Shown piece after piece: positions 19,668-28,943 of a stretch of DNA of 48,613 bases; position 1 is the first letter of the stretch, and every line of letters begins with the position of its first letter. Both the position numbers and the translations under genes were made by a program. The DNA comes from a bacterium (lineage in GTDB: Bacteria; Hinthialibacterota; Hinthialibacteria; Hinthialibacterales; Hinthialibacteraceae): the NCBI GenBank assembly GCA_963662285.2, contig CAXXMV010000007.1, positions 1-48,613 on the forward strand, read 5' to 3'. The notes under the pieces were generated by a model. It made no database searches. It saw only the letters and a list, made by a program, of their open reading frames with translations, and was not told where the DNA came from.

Positions 19668-20301
19668 AATACCCCTCGTAAAAATCTGATCCCTGCTGCT
19701 CGGTGCTTCCCTCCATACTGGTAACCAAACCAGTGGCTGGAGAAATCTTTATGAACAAACGCCTTTCGTCTTCCCGTTTGCTCGACAGCCATAAGATGGT
19801 GATAAAGGTCTCATCAGCCGATCCATCTGGATAGAAATTAATAGAACCTTCTCTACGACGTATCTCTTCGTTTTGAGCGACTTTATAGAAAAACTCAAAA
19901 ATGAAACCTTTAGGAAGAGACCCTACTATCTCTTTTACTTCCGTAATACGCCGGTTATTTCTCCGGGAAGAGCGTTTGCTGCTTGAACTGCGATGTTTGC
20001 GCCGTGAAACATAATGGCGCCGTTCTTTTTTCTCTTCGACCGGAACCCAGTAGGAATTCTTGTCAACGTCAAGTTCGACTCGGACAGGAACCCGCTCCTG
20101 AATAGCGCGCTGTTGAGCGTAACGCAGAGCGTTGGCTAAACCGGAAGTGACTCGCTGCATTTCCGAGTACTCATAGAGTTGACGCATACTGGGAAGGCCG
20201 AATGCAGTGATAATTGCAAGCAGCAGCAACGCCAGAGTCAACTCGATAAGAGTGAATCCGTTTTGGTTTCGCGGTTTAACCATCATTATTTTATCCACCA
20301 C
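19648..20301 (-). CDS. Minor pseudopilin, GspH/FimT-like
   Basis: NG|FTLIEL; LRYAQQRAI; INFYPDGSA; ISPATGLV. Confidence 0.8.
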   Translation of the reverse strand: MVDKIMMVKPRNQNGFTLIELTLALLLLAIITAFGLPSMRQLYEYSEMQRVTSGLANALRYAQQRAIQERVPVRVELDVDKNSYWVPVEEKKERRHYVSRRKHRSSSSKRSSRRNNRRITEVKEIVGSLPKGFIFEFFYKVAQNEEIRRREGSINFYPDGSADETFITILWLSSKREDERRLFIKISPATGLVTSMEGSTEQQGSDFYEGYYEQNNQ

Positions 20302-20366
20302 TGATTAGTTTGATTGATCCACCTGTGAAAATAAGCTGGCTGCAATCGATCAGTTAGGTTAATGGA

Positions 20367-20792
20367 TTAATTTTCTTCTTCATCCCAATTGCCGATGTCG
20401 TCTTCACTGCCTTCCTGACCGTCAGGACCTACGGAGTACAGATCGTAATCATAACCGGATTTGTCACCGGGATTTGAGTAACGGTATTCGTTGCCCCAGG
20501 GGTCTTTAACATTCTTTTTGGGTAGGAAAGGCTTTTTCCAACCTTCAACGCCGGGATCTTCAACCAAAGCCTGCAATCCCTGATCGCTGGTCGGATAAGC
20601 GCCGATGGCGATTTCATAAAGAGCCAGCGCAGTCTGAATCTGCGTAATATCCTGTTTGGCGCGGATAACCTTGGCTTCCTGGGTTTTGCCGCTGAAGTTA
20701 ATCATGACGGCTCCGGCCAAAATACCAATAATGGTAACAACCAACAACAGTTCGACCAGCGTAAAACCATGTTCTCTACGTTTGTTATTCAT
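20367..20792 (-). CDS. gspG: Major pseudopilin GspG
   Basis: HG|FTLVELL; YPTSDQGLQALV, W..P, DPWGNEYRY..PG, YDLYSVGPDGQEGSEDDIGNW. Confidence 0.95.
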   Translation of the reverse strand: MNNKRREHGFTLVELLLVVTIIGILAGAVMINFSGKTQEAKVIRAKQDITQIQTALALYEIAIGAYPTSDQGLQALVEDPGVEGWKKPFLPKKNVKDPWGNEYRYSNPGDKSGYDYDLYSVGPDGQEGSEDDIGNWDEEEN

Positions 20793-20896
20793 TTTCTTCT
20801 CCTGAATTCTATCTTAAACTATGATGAACGATCCCGGTTAAGAGATCGATGATTAATAAGGTAATCAATTCTATATTTCTTAATACGCCAATTATC

Positions 20897-22111
20897 CTAA
20901 CTGATACCCTGACTGATCTGGAAGATCGGCATAATCATGGCGAACACTACAAAACCAACCACGACCGCCATAATAACGATCATCAACGGTTCGATGATGG
21001 TGGTCATCGCCTTAATAATCTGATTTGTCTCTTTATCAAAGGTATCAGCAACGCGTTGCAGCGTCGATTCTAAATTTCCGGTCTCTTCGCCGACGCCGAC
21101 CATATTCACCGCTATCGGAGGAAAAAGGTCGCTTTCAGCCATACGGCTTGAAAGTTTCTTGCCTTCTTTAATATCATCCTGGAACTTTTCTATATCCTGT
21201 TTGAGTACTTTATTGGAAATAACCGATTCGGTGATGGAAAGAGCTTTCAAAATTTGTACGCCATTGGCCAGCAGAGTTCCAAGAGTACGCGCAAATTTGG
21301 AAATTTCACGTTTCTTGATAAATTCACCAATTAATGGCAGTCTCAATTTGAACATATCAAACATCAAACTACCAGCTTCGCTTTTGATAAAATTATAAAA
21401 CAGGATTCCACCGCCAACCCCTCCACCAATAATAAACCACCATCCGAATTTAATAAAATCGGTGGCATATATCAACATTTGGGTTGACATGGGCAGTTGG
21501 ATGTCGCTCTCTTCGAACATCACCATAAAGTTGGGAACCACCACTGTGAAAAGGACAATAATAACCAGGACGCAGACTACCACCATGAAGATAGGATAAG
21601 TCATCGCAGCGATGATTTTGCCACGGGTTTCCTGCTCGGTTTCCATGAAGTCGGCCAGACGCTCCATAACTTGATCCAACATACCGCCAGCTTCACCGGC
21701 TTTAGCCATACTACTGTATAATGAAGAGAAAACTTTAGGATGCTTGGCCAATGCATCGGAAAAGGCGGTTCCACCTTCAACATCTGAGGAGACATTCTTA
21801 ATAACCGCTGACATTTTCACATTTGGCGTCTGTTGAGTAATAACCTGAAGGCAACGCACTAATGGCAGGCCGGCGCGTAACAGATCGCTCATTTGGCGAC
21901 TGAACGTGGTGACATCCTTTCGGGAGATGCGAGTAAATGACTTAAAGGAAACTTCAGAACTTAGCCCTTTACCGCCGCCTTTCTCTTTAATAGAAATGGG
22001 AAAGACATGCATCTGTTGCAGTTTGCTGATAACCAATTTACGGTTATCCGCCTCAACCAGGCCTTCAATCACTTCGCCGCTCATTTTTTTAGCTTTGTAG
22101 TGATATTGCAT
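20897..22111 (-). CDS. gspF: Inner-membrane platform protein GspF/PilC
   Basis: FSRQM..LL.AGLPL, AGEAGG.L, AMTYP, F.RTLGTLL.NGV, VGEETG.L, IEP. Confidence 0.95.
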   Translation of the reverse strand: MQYHYKAKKMSGEVIEGLVEADNRKLVISKLQQMHVFPISIKEKGGGKGLSSEVSFKSFTRISRKDVTTFSRQMSDLLRAGLPLVRCLQVITQQTPNVKMSAVIKNVSSDVEGGTAFSDALAKHPKVFSSLYSSMAKAGEAGGMLDQVMERLADFMETEQETRGKIIAAMTYPIFMVVVCVLVIIVLFTVVVPNFMVMFEESDIQLPMSTQMLIYATDFIKFGWWFIIGGGVGGGILFYNFIKSEAGSLMFDMFKLRLPLIGEFIKKREISKFARTLGTLLANGVQILKALSITESVISNKVLKQDIEKFQDDIKEGKKLSSRMAESDLFPPIAVNMVGVGEETGNLESTLQRVADTFDKETNQIIKAMTTIIEPLMIVIMAVVVGFVVFAMIMPIFQISQGIS

Positions 22112-22132
22112 AATTATCCGCCTAACTTGTCT

Positions 22133-23836
22133 TTACCATTCCTGCGTAACGCGAATGAGTTCTTCCAAAGTCGAAGTGCCTTGTAATACCTTTTCCAGTG
22201 CGTTCATGCGTAGTGTCTTCATGCCGTCTTTCAGCGCCATTCTCTTGATATCACTGGATGGGACGCGCTGTACGGTCAGTTCTCTTATCTCTTCGCTCAT
22301 TTTCATGATTTCATAGATTGCCACCCGGCCCCGGTAACCGAGGAATTTACAATCCTCACAGCCGCGTCCTCTATAGTATTTTGCATCTTTATATTCTTCA
22401 TCAGTTAAGCCCAGGCCTTGCAGCAAATCATGTTCCGGAGTGAATTCTTCTTTGCATGCGGGGCATATCCGGCGCATAAGACGTTGAGCAACTACGCCTA
22501 TGACCGAAGAAGAAACCAGGTATGGTTCAACTCCCATATCGACCAGACGGGTAATAGCGCCGGGAGCATCGTTGGTGTGGAGAGTGGTGAAAACCAGGTG
22601 ACCTGTCAAAGCGGACTGAATAGCAATTTCAGCGGTTTCGTGGTCACGGGTTTCACCGACCAGAATGATATCGGGGTCCTGCCGCAGGAAAGCGCGCAGC
22701 ACGCTGGCGAAGGTTAATCCGATTTTGTGAATTACCTGAACCTGAATTATGCCGCGTAAATGATATTCAATAGGCTCCTCAATGGTGAGGATTTTGCTCT
22801 CCATCTGGTTTAGTTTTGACAGGGTGGCGTAGAGCGTAGTGGTTTTACCGCTGCCGGTAGGACCAGTAACCAGAATGATGCCGTGAGGAACCGAAATCAA
22901 TTTGTTGAACGCCTCAAGAGAATATTCGTCGAAGCCCAGTTTTTTCAAATCAAAGATGGTGTCTCCACGGTTAAGAATACGAATAACGATGCTTTCACCA
23001 TAAGGCGTGGGAACGGTGGAGACGCGAAGGTCGAATTCATTGTTGCCCGTTTTAATGTTGATGCGGCCATCCTGGGGAAGTCTTTTCTCGGCGATATTCA
23101 TATCCGCCATGATCTTGATACGGGATATAACCGCCGCTTGATATCTACGGATGGTGGGCGGCACAGCGGCTTCGTAGAGCATGCCGTCGATGCGGTATCT
23201 GATGCGCAACTCATCCTCGAACGGTTCAAAGTGAATATCAGTAGCCCGGTCAGAAACCGCCTCAGTCATAATCTGGTTAACAAAGCGAATGATGGAAGCG
23301 TCTTCGCTGAGTTCTTCGATATTCTCTTTTTCCAACAAATCATCATCAAACGCCCCGTCTTCTTCCAGCAGACTATCTACCGTATCGGCGCCGATGCCGT
23401 AATATTTCTTGATCATTAATTTGATGTCATCGCTGGGAGACAGCAAAGGTTCGACATCGCATTTCAAAAGAAGCCGTAAATCATCTAAAGCATGGAAGTT
23501 TAGCGGATCGGCGGTTGCGATGCGCAGCGTGTCGCCTTTATGATCAATAGGTAGAATGTTGTATCTATGAACAAAGCGAATTGGAACATACTGCAAAATT
23601 TCCGGAGTCAATTCGAGGTTTTTAACATCGATAGTCTCTACCCCTAGATGACTTGAAAGAGTCTGCAACATCTGGTTCTCATCGGCAATATCATTGTCGA
23701 CCAGAACAGTATCCAGGTTTTCACCAGTCTTCTCATGTATAGCAATCGCACGGTTCATGTCATCGTCATTAATCACATTAAGCGAACGTAACAGTTCACC
23801 GTATCGACGACCAATTAATCCGGATGTATTTTTCAT
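22133..23836 (-). CDS. gspE: Assembly ATPase GspE/PilB
   Basis: ATDIHFEP, EKRLPQDGR, Walker A GPTGSGKTT, LRQDPDIILVGE, TGHLVFTTLHTN, CPAC...CEDC Zn motif. Confidence 0.95.
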   Translation of the reverse strand: MKNTSGLIGRRYGELLRSLNVINDDDMNRAIAIHEKTGENLDTVLVDNDIADENQMLQTLSSHLGVETIDVKNLELTPEILQYVPIRFVHRYNILPIDHKGDTLRIATADPLNFHALDDLRLLLKCDVEPLLSPSDDIKLMIKKYYGIGADTVDSLLEEDGAFDDDLLEKENIEELSEDASIIRFVNQIMTEAVSDRATDIHFEPFEDELRIRYRIDGMLYEAAVPPTIRRYQAAVISRIKIMADMNIAEKRLPQDGRINIKTGNNEFDLRVSTVPTPYGESIVIRILNRGDTIFDLKKLGFDEYSLEAFNKLISVPHGIILVTGPTGSGKTTTLYATLSKLNQMESKILTIEEPIEYHLRGIIQVQVIHKIGLTFASVLRAFLRQDPDIILVGETRDHETAEIAIQSALTGHLVFTTLHTNDAPGAITRLVDMGVEPYLVSSSVIGVVAQRLMRRICPACKEEFTPEHDLLQGLGLTDEEYKDAKYYRGRGCEDCKFLGYRGRVAIYEIMKMSEEIRELTVQRVPSSDIKRMALKDGMKTLRMNALEKVLQGTSTLEELIRVTQEW

Positions 23837-23933
23837 CTTTATCTATACCTCAAACGATACGCTATATTCTATTAATAAACCCATGAAGAAAGGTATCGTT
23901 TCAATCTTTATTTGAAAACTATCCTTATTTATA

Positions 23934-23950
23934 AGCAATATATCTGCCAA
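23934..23950 (-). promoter_or_regulatory. Sigma-54 (-24/-12) promoter for the secretion operon
   Basis: Minus strand TTGGCAGATATATTGCT, exact GG-N10-GC spacing, about 100 bp upstream of gspE. Confidence 0.75.
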
Positions 23951-24180
23951 GTTAATTATTCCCATGATATGCAACACAATAACCACTTGTATTTATTGTT
24001 CTTATATATATTTTTATAAGTATTTGGGTTAATGTAATTTATTAAAGATCAAATTCATTTAATCTATTTCACATGGATATTCACGGTTGTATAGGTGATT
24101 TCACACGAGAAACAACGAACATAACTCTAAATTATATCGAATGTTATGCATTGGAATATACAGTAGAATTATAACCAATG

Positions 24181-24255
24181 TCGACAACCGAGTTCCCTCT
24201 CCCCACGGGAGAGGGCTAGGGTGAGGGTGAATATAGCAAACTCTCTAATAAACTA
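24181..24255 (-). repeat. BoxC-like repeat, extended copy (inverted relative to 11700)
   Basis: Minus strand ccctcaccctagccctctcccgtggggagagggaac; directly after the MoxR stop. Confidence 0.85.
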
Positions 24256-24257
24256 AA

Positions 24258-25283
24258 TTATTGAGGTTTAGCTCCCTGGAAGACTGATTCAATGATTTGA
24301 TGAACATCTACCCGATCAGCTTCAGCGCGATAATTTGTTATTATTCTATGGCGCAAAACAGGTTTAGCCACAGAACAGACGTCTTCCTCTGAAACTGAGT
24401 TGCGGCCGTTAAGAATAGCTCGTACTTTGCCTGCCAGAATGAGGTATTGCGAAGCGCGCGGTCCTGCTCCCCAGGAGACGTAACGGTTTACTAAACCATC
24501 ATCAGAAACATTTTCGCCGCTGTTTGGACGAGTGGCTTTAACCGCTTTAACTGCGTATTGAATAACCTGTTCAGATACTGGGACGCGGCGAACCAGTTCC
24601 TGGATATTCATGATATCCTTACCGGTAACCACCATTTCCGGCTCATTATGATATGCGGAAGTGGTATTCTTTACTATTTCGATCTCCTCTTGTTCCGTGG
24701 GATAATCGATATTGATCTGGAACATAAAGCGATCCAATTGCGCTTCCGGCAAGGGATAGGTTCCTTCCTGTTCGATAGGATTCTGAGTGGCAAGCACGAA
24801 AAATGGCGGTTCCAGGGGATAATCCTTACCATTTATCGTTATGCGGGATTCCTGCATTGCTTCCAGCAGAGCCGCCTGGGTTTTTGGAGGAGTACGGTTT
24901 ATTTCATCAGCCAGAATAATATTGGCGAACAAAGGTCCTTTAATAAAACGGAATACCCGTTCTCCGGTACTGCGGTCTTCCTGCAAAATCTCCGTGCCGG
25001 TTATATCAGATGGCATTAAATCCGGAGTGAATTGAATACGATTGAATTTAAGATCAAGTATTTTTGAGAAAGTACGGATCAAAGTGGTTTTTGCTAAACC
25101 TGGAACTCCCACGATAAGCGCATGTCCGCCCGCGAATAATGCGATAAGCAACTCCTCAACAACTAATTGCTGCCCTATGATCTCTTTACCGATTTCCTTG
25201 AGAATTTTTTCACGCGTCTCTTTAAGAGACTGAACCGTCATGGCGTCGCTAGATGTATCCTTATTTGCTGATTCCATATTCAT
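24258..25283 (-). CDS. MoxR family AAA+ ATPase
   Basis: GVPGLAKT, RIQFTPDLMPSDITG, LADEINRTPPKTQAALLEAMQE, ATQNPIEQEGTYPLPEAQLDRF; start 25283 or 25277. Confidence 0.95.
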   Translation of the reverse strand: MNMESANKDTSSDAMTVQSLKETREKILKEIGKEIIGQQLVVEELLIALFAGGHALIVGVPGLAKTTLIRTFSKILDLKFNRIQFTPDLMPSDITGTEILQEDRSTGERVFRFIKGPLFANIILADEINRTPPKTQAALLEAMQESRITINGKDYPLEPPFFVLATQNPIEQEGTYPLPEAQLDRFMFQINIDYPTEQEEIEIVKNTTSAYHNEPEMVVTGKDIMNIQELVRRVPVSEQVIQYAVKAVKATRPNSGENVSDDGLVNRYVSWGAGPRASQYLILAGKVRAILNGRNSVSEEDVCSVAKPVLRHRIITNYRAEADRVDVHQIIESVFQGAKPQ

Positions 25284-25935
25284 TGAAATCTTAATTACCT
25301 TTCGTTTTATAATATAAAACGGAATATAGTGCAGAGCCGTTGTTAAAAGCAAGCGTATTGAAAACGCCGAATTTAATCAATTTATCCTTCTCTTTAACTT
25401 TCAACACCCTTGAATAAACGTCATTTGGATAATCGCTCTCAAGGGACTGTAACTTTCCCCAAATGAAGGGTCAAGGTTATTAAATAAAACAAGAATATTG
25501 ATAGAAAAAGATATTCCCCAAAAAGTCTCAAATGAATCTAATGAATATAAAGTATAAAAAAATCCTTCCTTGATTACTTTTAACAAATGGATTAAATTAT
25601 CAATTAAGATAACGCCTAGAATCCATCCTCCGAGTTTATTCCATAATTAACGATTCAGGAATTGAGATATTTTATCATCATGAATTTCTTTTATGAGTAA
25701 TTTTTTTTTTGTAATTCACTATACGAATATTAATATATGTAATATTTTTAATATTTGGTATATTTTTTGCTTATTTTATTGGTATCAAACTTATTTGTTA
25801 AAACAGTTAAGTTCGATATGTATTTGTAAATCAAATATTTATATACATTTTGATCGCTTTGTTTTTTGAATATTTTTTGTAAATATAATTGTATATTTAT
25901 CATTTTTGATAAATTAGTATATCGAGTAATTCAAG

Positions 25936-27699
25936 ATGCCTAGATATTTAGAATGTCTTATATCTATTTTTATTCTGATTTTAATCAGCCCATTACTTTT
26001 GATAATAATTCTGGCTATCGTGATTGATTCACCGGGATGGCCATTTTTCTTTCAACGTAGAGTGGGGAAAAACGGGAAATTATTCTGGCTGATCAAATTC
26101 AGAAAGATGCCTGTTTCCGTCCCGGCGGATGGTAAAGGAATAACTACCAGTAATGATATTCGCCTTACACGCATGGGACGTTTTATGGAACGGCTTAAAT
26201 TTGATGAACTCCCTCAGTTTATCAATATAATAAAAGGCGATTTAGCGCTGATTGGTCCAAGACCCGAATTAGAAAAATTCGTAAAGTATTATCCGGAGAA
26301 ATGGGAAAAAGTATTATCCATCCGTCCTGGAGTAATCGGATACAGTCAGGGTAAAATCCCCCATGAAGCCGATCTTTATCCTGCTGATTGTATGGATCAT
26401 GAACAATATTATATTGAAAATATCCTGCCGGAAAAACTCGATAACGAGATTTCATATATAGAAAAAAAAGGCCCCTGGTTCGATTTATATGTTTTTTTCT
26501 GGGTTTCCTACGCGCTAATCACAAAAACCATCACTCCCAAATGGATCATTGCTCATATGCTTCATTTCATGGTATTGATCTCTGATACCATTGTATCCTG
26601 CATAAGCCTCATTTTAGGTTTTTTTCTGGTTCATCCGCAATTCGTTTATGGCGCCAAACAATCAAATATTCATATTGCGTTGATAGTATGCGTTATCGTT
26701 AGACCTATTATGTTTATGTTGTTTGGTCTTCACAAACAACATATTTCTTCATTGATTACCCTGCAATCATTCACAACTATCATCAAAGCATCCAGTTACT
26801 CATGCCTTGCCATCATTATGGTTATGATGATGTTCTTCGATAGGGACCTGGTGTTGAGAGCGCATCTTATTGATATATTCCTTTTACCTTTTTTATTGAT
26901 TGGTATTCGTATCACCTATATTTTTATTAATGATCACTTTCTCGCCAAAGACTCCTTCCAGTCCTGGATGCGGGCTTTTAATCATTTGTTGATTTTATTA
27001 ATGTATGGATTATTAGGCTTATTATCGTTCTGGCTTTCCATGATAATTCGAAAAGGTGAATTATATAGCAATTTATTCTTCAACCATTTTCAGTTTTCTA
27101 TATACGTACTTATTATTCGAGCTTTCTTATCATATTTTATATGGCCTCCAAAAGCCCAGACATGGAGAACCTTTATAAGAGTTAACCTGGTTCAGAATCT
27201 GAACATGACTTTATTAGGAACTGGATTAATAATCCTGACCTATCAATTATTCAATTTCCAATTGTTTTCACGTTCAGCATTGTTGATCGATATCATCTTG
27301 TATTCATTTATCATCAGTCTTATATCTCTTTTTTGGTGTCTTCCACAGATCAAAAATAATAAAACCAATCCTCTCAAAAAGGTAATTTTTATCGGAACTA
27401 ACACCTCAACCGAAATATTCTTGAACTCACTGCACCGCTCCCATGACCACTCTTTAGAATGCATCGGCATTATTACTGAAGTCGAGTGGAACCGTTTTTC
27501 GGCGATTGCCGGGACAAACGTGATTGGAACTATCTATGATTTTGAATCAATCTGTGAAGTCTATCATCCAGACTTTCTGATCATGTGGAATCAGCATGGA
27601 GAGAGGGAGTATTTATCGTATATTAAAAAAATATGCGCTAACCAAAATATTAGAATATTAAATTCACCTACCTTAGAAACAATCCAATCTATAATCTGA
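25936..27699 (+). CDS. Phosphoglycosyl transferase (Bac_transf) fused to multi-TM region and C-terminal Rossmann-like domain
   Basis: DSPG.PFF.Q.RVG, KFRKM, D.RLT..G, KFDELPQFINIIKGDLALIGPRPE in first ~200 aa; about 8 TMs; KKVIFIG...GI......AG.NVIG. Confidence 0.82.
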   Translation: MPRYLECLISIFILILISPLLLIIILAIVIDSPGWPFFFQRRVGKNGKLFWLIKFRKMPVSVPADGKGITTSNDIRLTRMGRFMERLKFDELPQFINIIKGDLALIGPRPELEKFVKYYPEKWEKVLSIRPGVIGYSQGKIPHEADLYPADCMDHEQYYIENILPEKLDNEISYIEKKGPWFDLYVFFWVSYALITKTITPKWIIAHMLHFMVLISDTIVSCISLILGFFLVHPQFVYGAKQSNIHIALIVCVIVRPIMFMLFGLHKQHISSLITLQSFTTIIKASSYSCLAIIMVMMMFFDRDLVLRAHLIDIFLLPFLLIGIRITYIFINDHFLAKDSFQSWMRAFNHLLILLMYGLLGLLSFWLSMIIRKGELYSNLFFNHFQFSIYVLIIRAFLSYFIWPPKAQTWRTFIRVNLVQNLNMTLLGTGLIILTYQLFNFQLFSRSALLIDIILYSFIISLISLFWCLPQIKNNKTNPLKKVIFIGTNTSTEIFLNSLHRSHDHSLECIGIITEVEWNRFSAIAGTNVIGTIYDFESICEVYHPDFLIMWNQHGEREYLSYIKKICANQNIRILNSPTLETIQSII

Positions 27700-27878
27700 A
27701 GTAATTTACGTACAATACCTCCAGACATTACAACGATTTTCAAAATCGCGAACCATAACGTTATTTTGAACACTACACTAATGCTACAATAGACATTAAT
27801 ATTTTAATGATAATTATTTTTTTTCAACCGAGTGGTTTTGCATTATTCTATATAATCAATGAAAAGAGAGGATTAGTC

Positions 27879-28880
27879 GTGAAAAAGAGAACTCTTGGCA
27901 AATCCGGTATTGAAACTTCTGTAATAGGGCTTGGAACATGGGTGACGGGCGGCGGAGCTGCATGGGGCGAAAACCCGGATGATTCAGAATCTATCCGGGC
28001 CATCCAGGCTTCAATTGACGCGGGAATCAGTTTGATTGACACCGCTCCGGCATATGGCTTTGGACGCAGCGAGGAGATCGTTGGTAAAGCTATCCAGGGC
28101 AGACGGGATCAAGTCGTAGTGGCAACCAAATGCGGCTTATGGTGGGATGACGATAGAGGTTCGTTCTTCTGTGAGTTTGATGGACGCAACATGAACCGCA
28201 GCCTGCGGCCTGACACCATCAAAATTGAAGTCGAAAGAAGTCTAAAACGCCTTGGAATCGAAGAAATAGACTTGCTGCAAACTCACTGGCAGGCTGATGA
28301 ACCTGAAAAAACGCCTATAGAGGAAACCATGTCCTGCCTGATGGACTTAAAAAAAGAGGGGAAAATTAGGGCTATAGGAGTTTCCAATATCTCCCTTGAA
28401 GAATTAAAAGAATACGGCCTATACGGGACGGTTGACGCCAACCAACCGCGTTACAGCATGCTATTCAGAGATATAGAGAAGGATATCCTGCCCTACTCTA
28501 TCGAAAACCAAATCTCAACGCTGGCTTATATGCCTCTTGAACAAGGCTTGCTAACCGGCAAAGTGGGAATGGACCGAACCTTCGGTAAAGACGAATGGCG
28601 CAGCAACGAAGATTGGAATCCCTGGTTTAAGCTGGATAATCGGCGAAAAATTCTCGATTTGCTCGAATCATGGTCTGAACTGACTGAAAAATATGATTGC
28701 ACTCTGGCGCAACTGACCATCGCATGGACCTTCAGTCAACCCGGCGTCACCCATGTCCTATGTGGAGCGCGCCGGATGGATCAGGCTTTGGAAAACGCTA
28801 AAGCAGGAGATATGGATATTGAAGCGGCTGATCTGGAGCGTATGCGCAATGACATCATCGCTCTCGGTGATCCTAAGTAA
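27879..28880 (+). CDS. Aldo/keto reductase
   Basis: IGLGTW, IDTAPAYG.G.SE, ATK, SLKRL..E.IDL.Q.HW, GKIRAIGVSN; GTG start after GAGGA RBS. Confidence 0.93.
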   Translation: MKKRTLGKSGIETSVIGLGTWVTGGGAAWGENPDDSESIRAIQASIDAGISLIDTAPAYGFGRSEEIVGKAIQGRRDQVVVATKCGLWWDDDRGSFFCEFDGRNMNRSLRPDTIKIEVERSLKRLGIEEIDLLQTHWQADEPEKTPIEETMSCLMDLKKEGKIRAIGVSNISLEELKEYGLYGTVDANQPRYSMLFRDIEKDILPYSIENQISTLAYMPLEQGLLTGKVGMDRTFGKDEWRSNEDWNPWFKLDNRRKILDLLESWSELTEKYDCTLAQLTIAWTFSQPGVTHVLCGARRMDQALENAKAGDMDIEAADLERMRNDIIALGDPK

Positions 28881-28895
28881 CTCAAATATAATAAC

Positions 28896-28942
28896 ATAAT
28901 GCGATCCATAGTAATATCTATAAATACTACGGATCGCATTAT
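28896..28942. terminator. Long hairpin between convergent genes
   Basis: ataatgcgatccatagta...tactacggatcgcattat, 18-bp stem with one mismatch. Confidence 0.65.
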
Positions 28943-28943
28943 T

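Noticed and set aside
25380-25935. Very AT-rich gap as oriC or hidden gene
   Set aside because: No cluster of DnaA boxes seen and only a weak 61-aa ORF; best read as a divergent promoter region.
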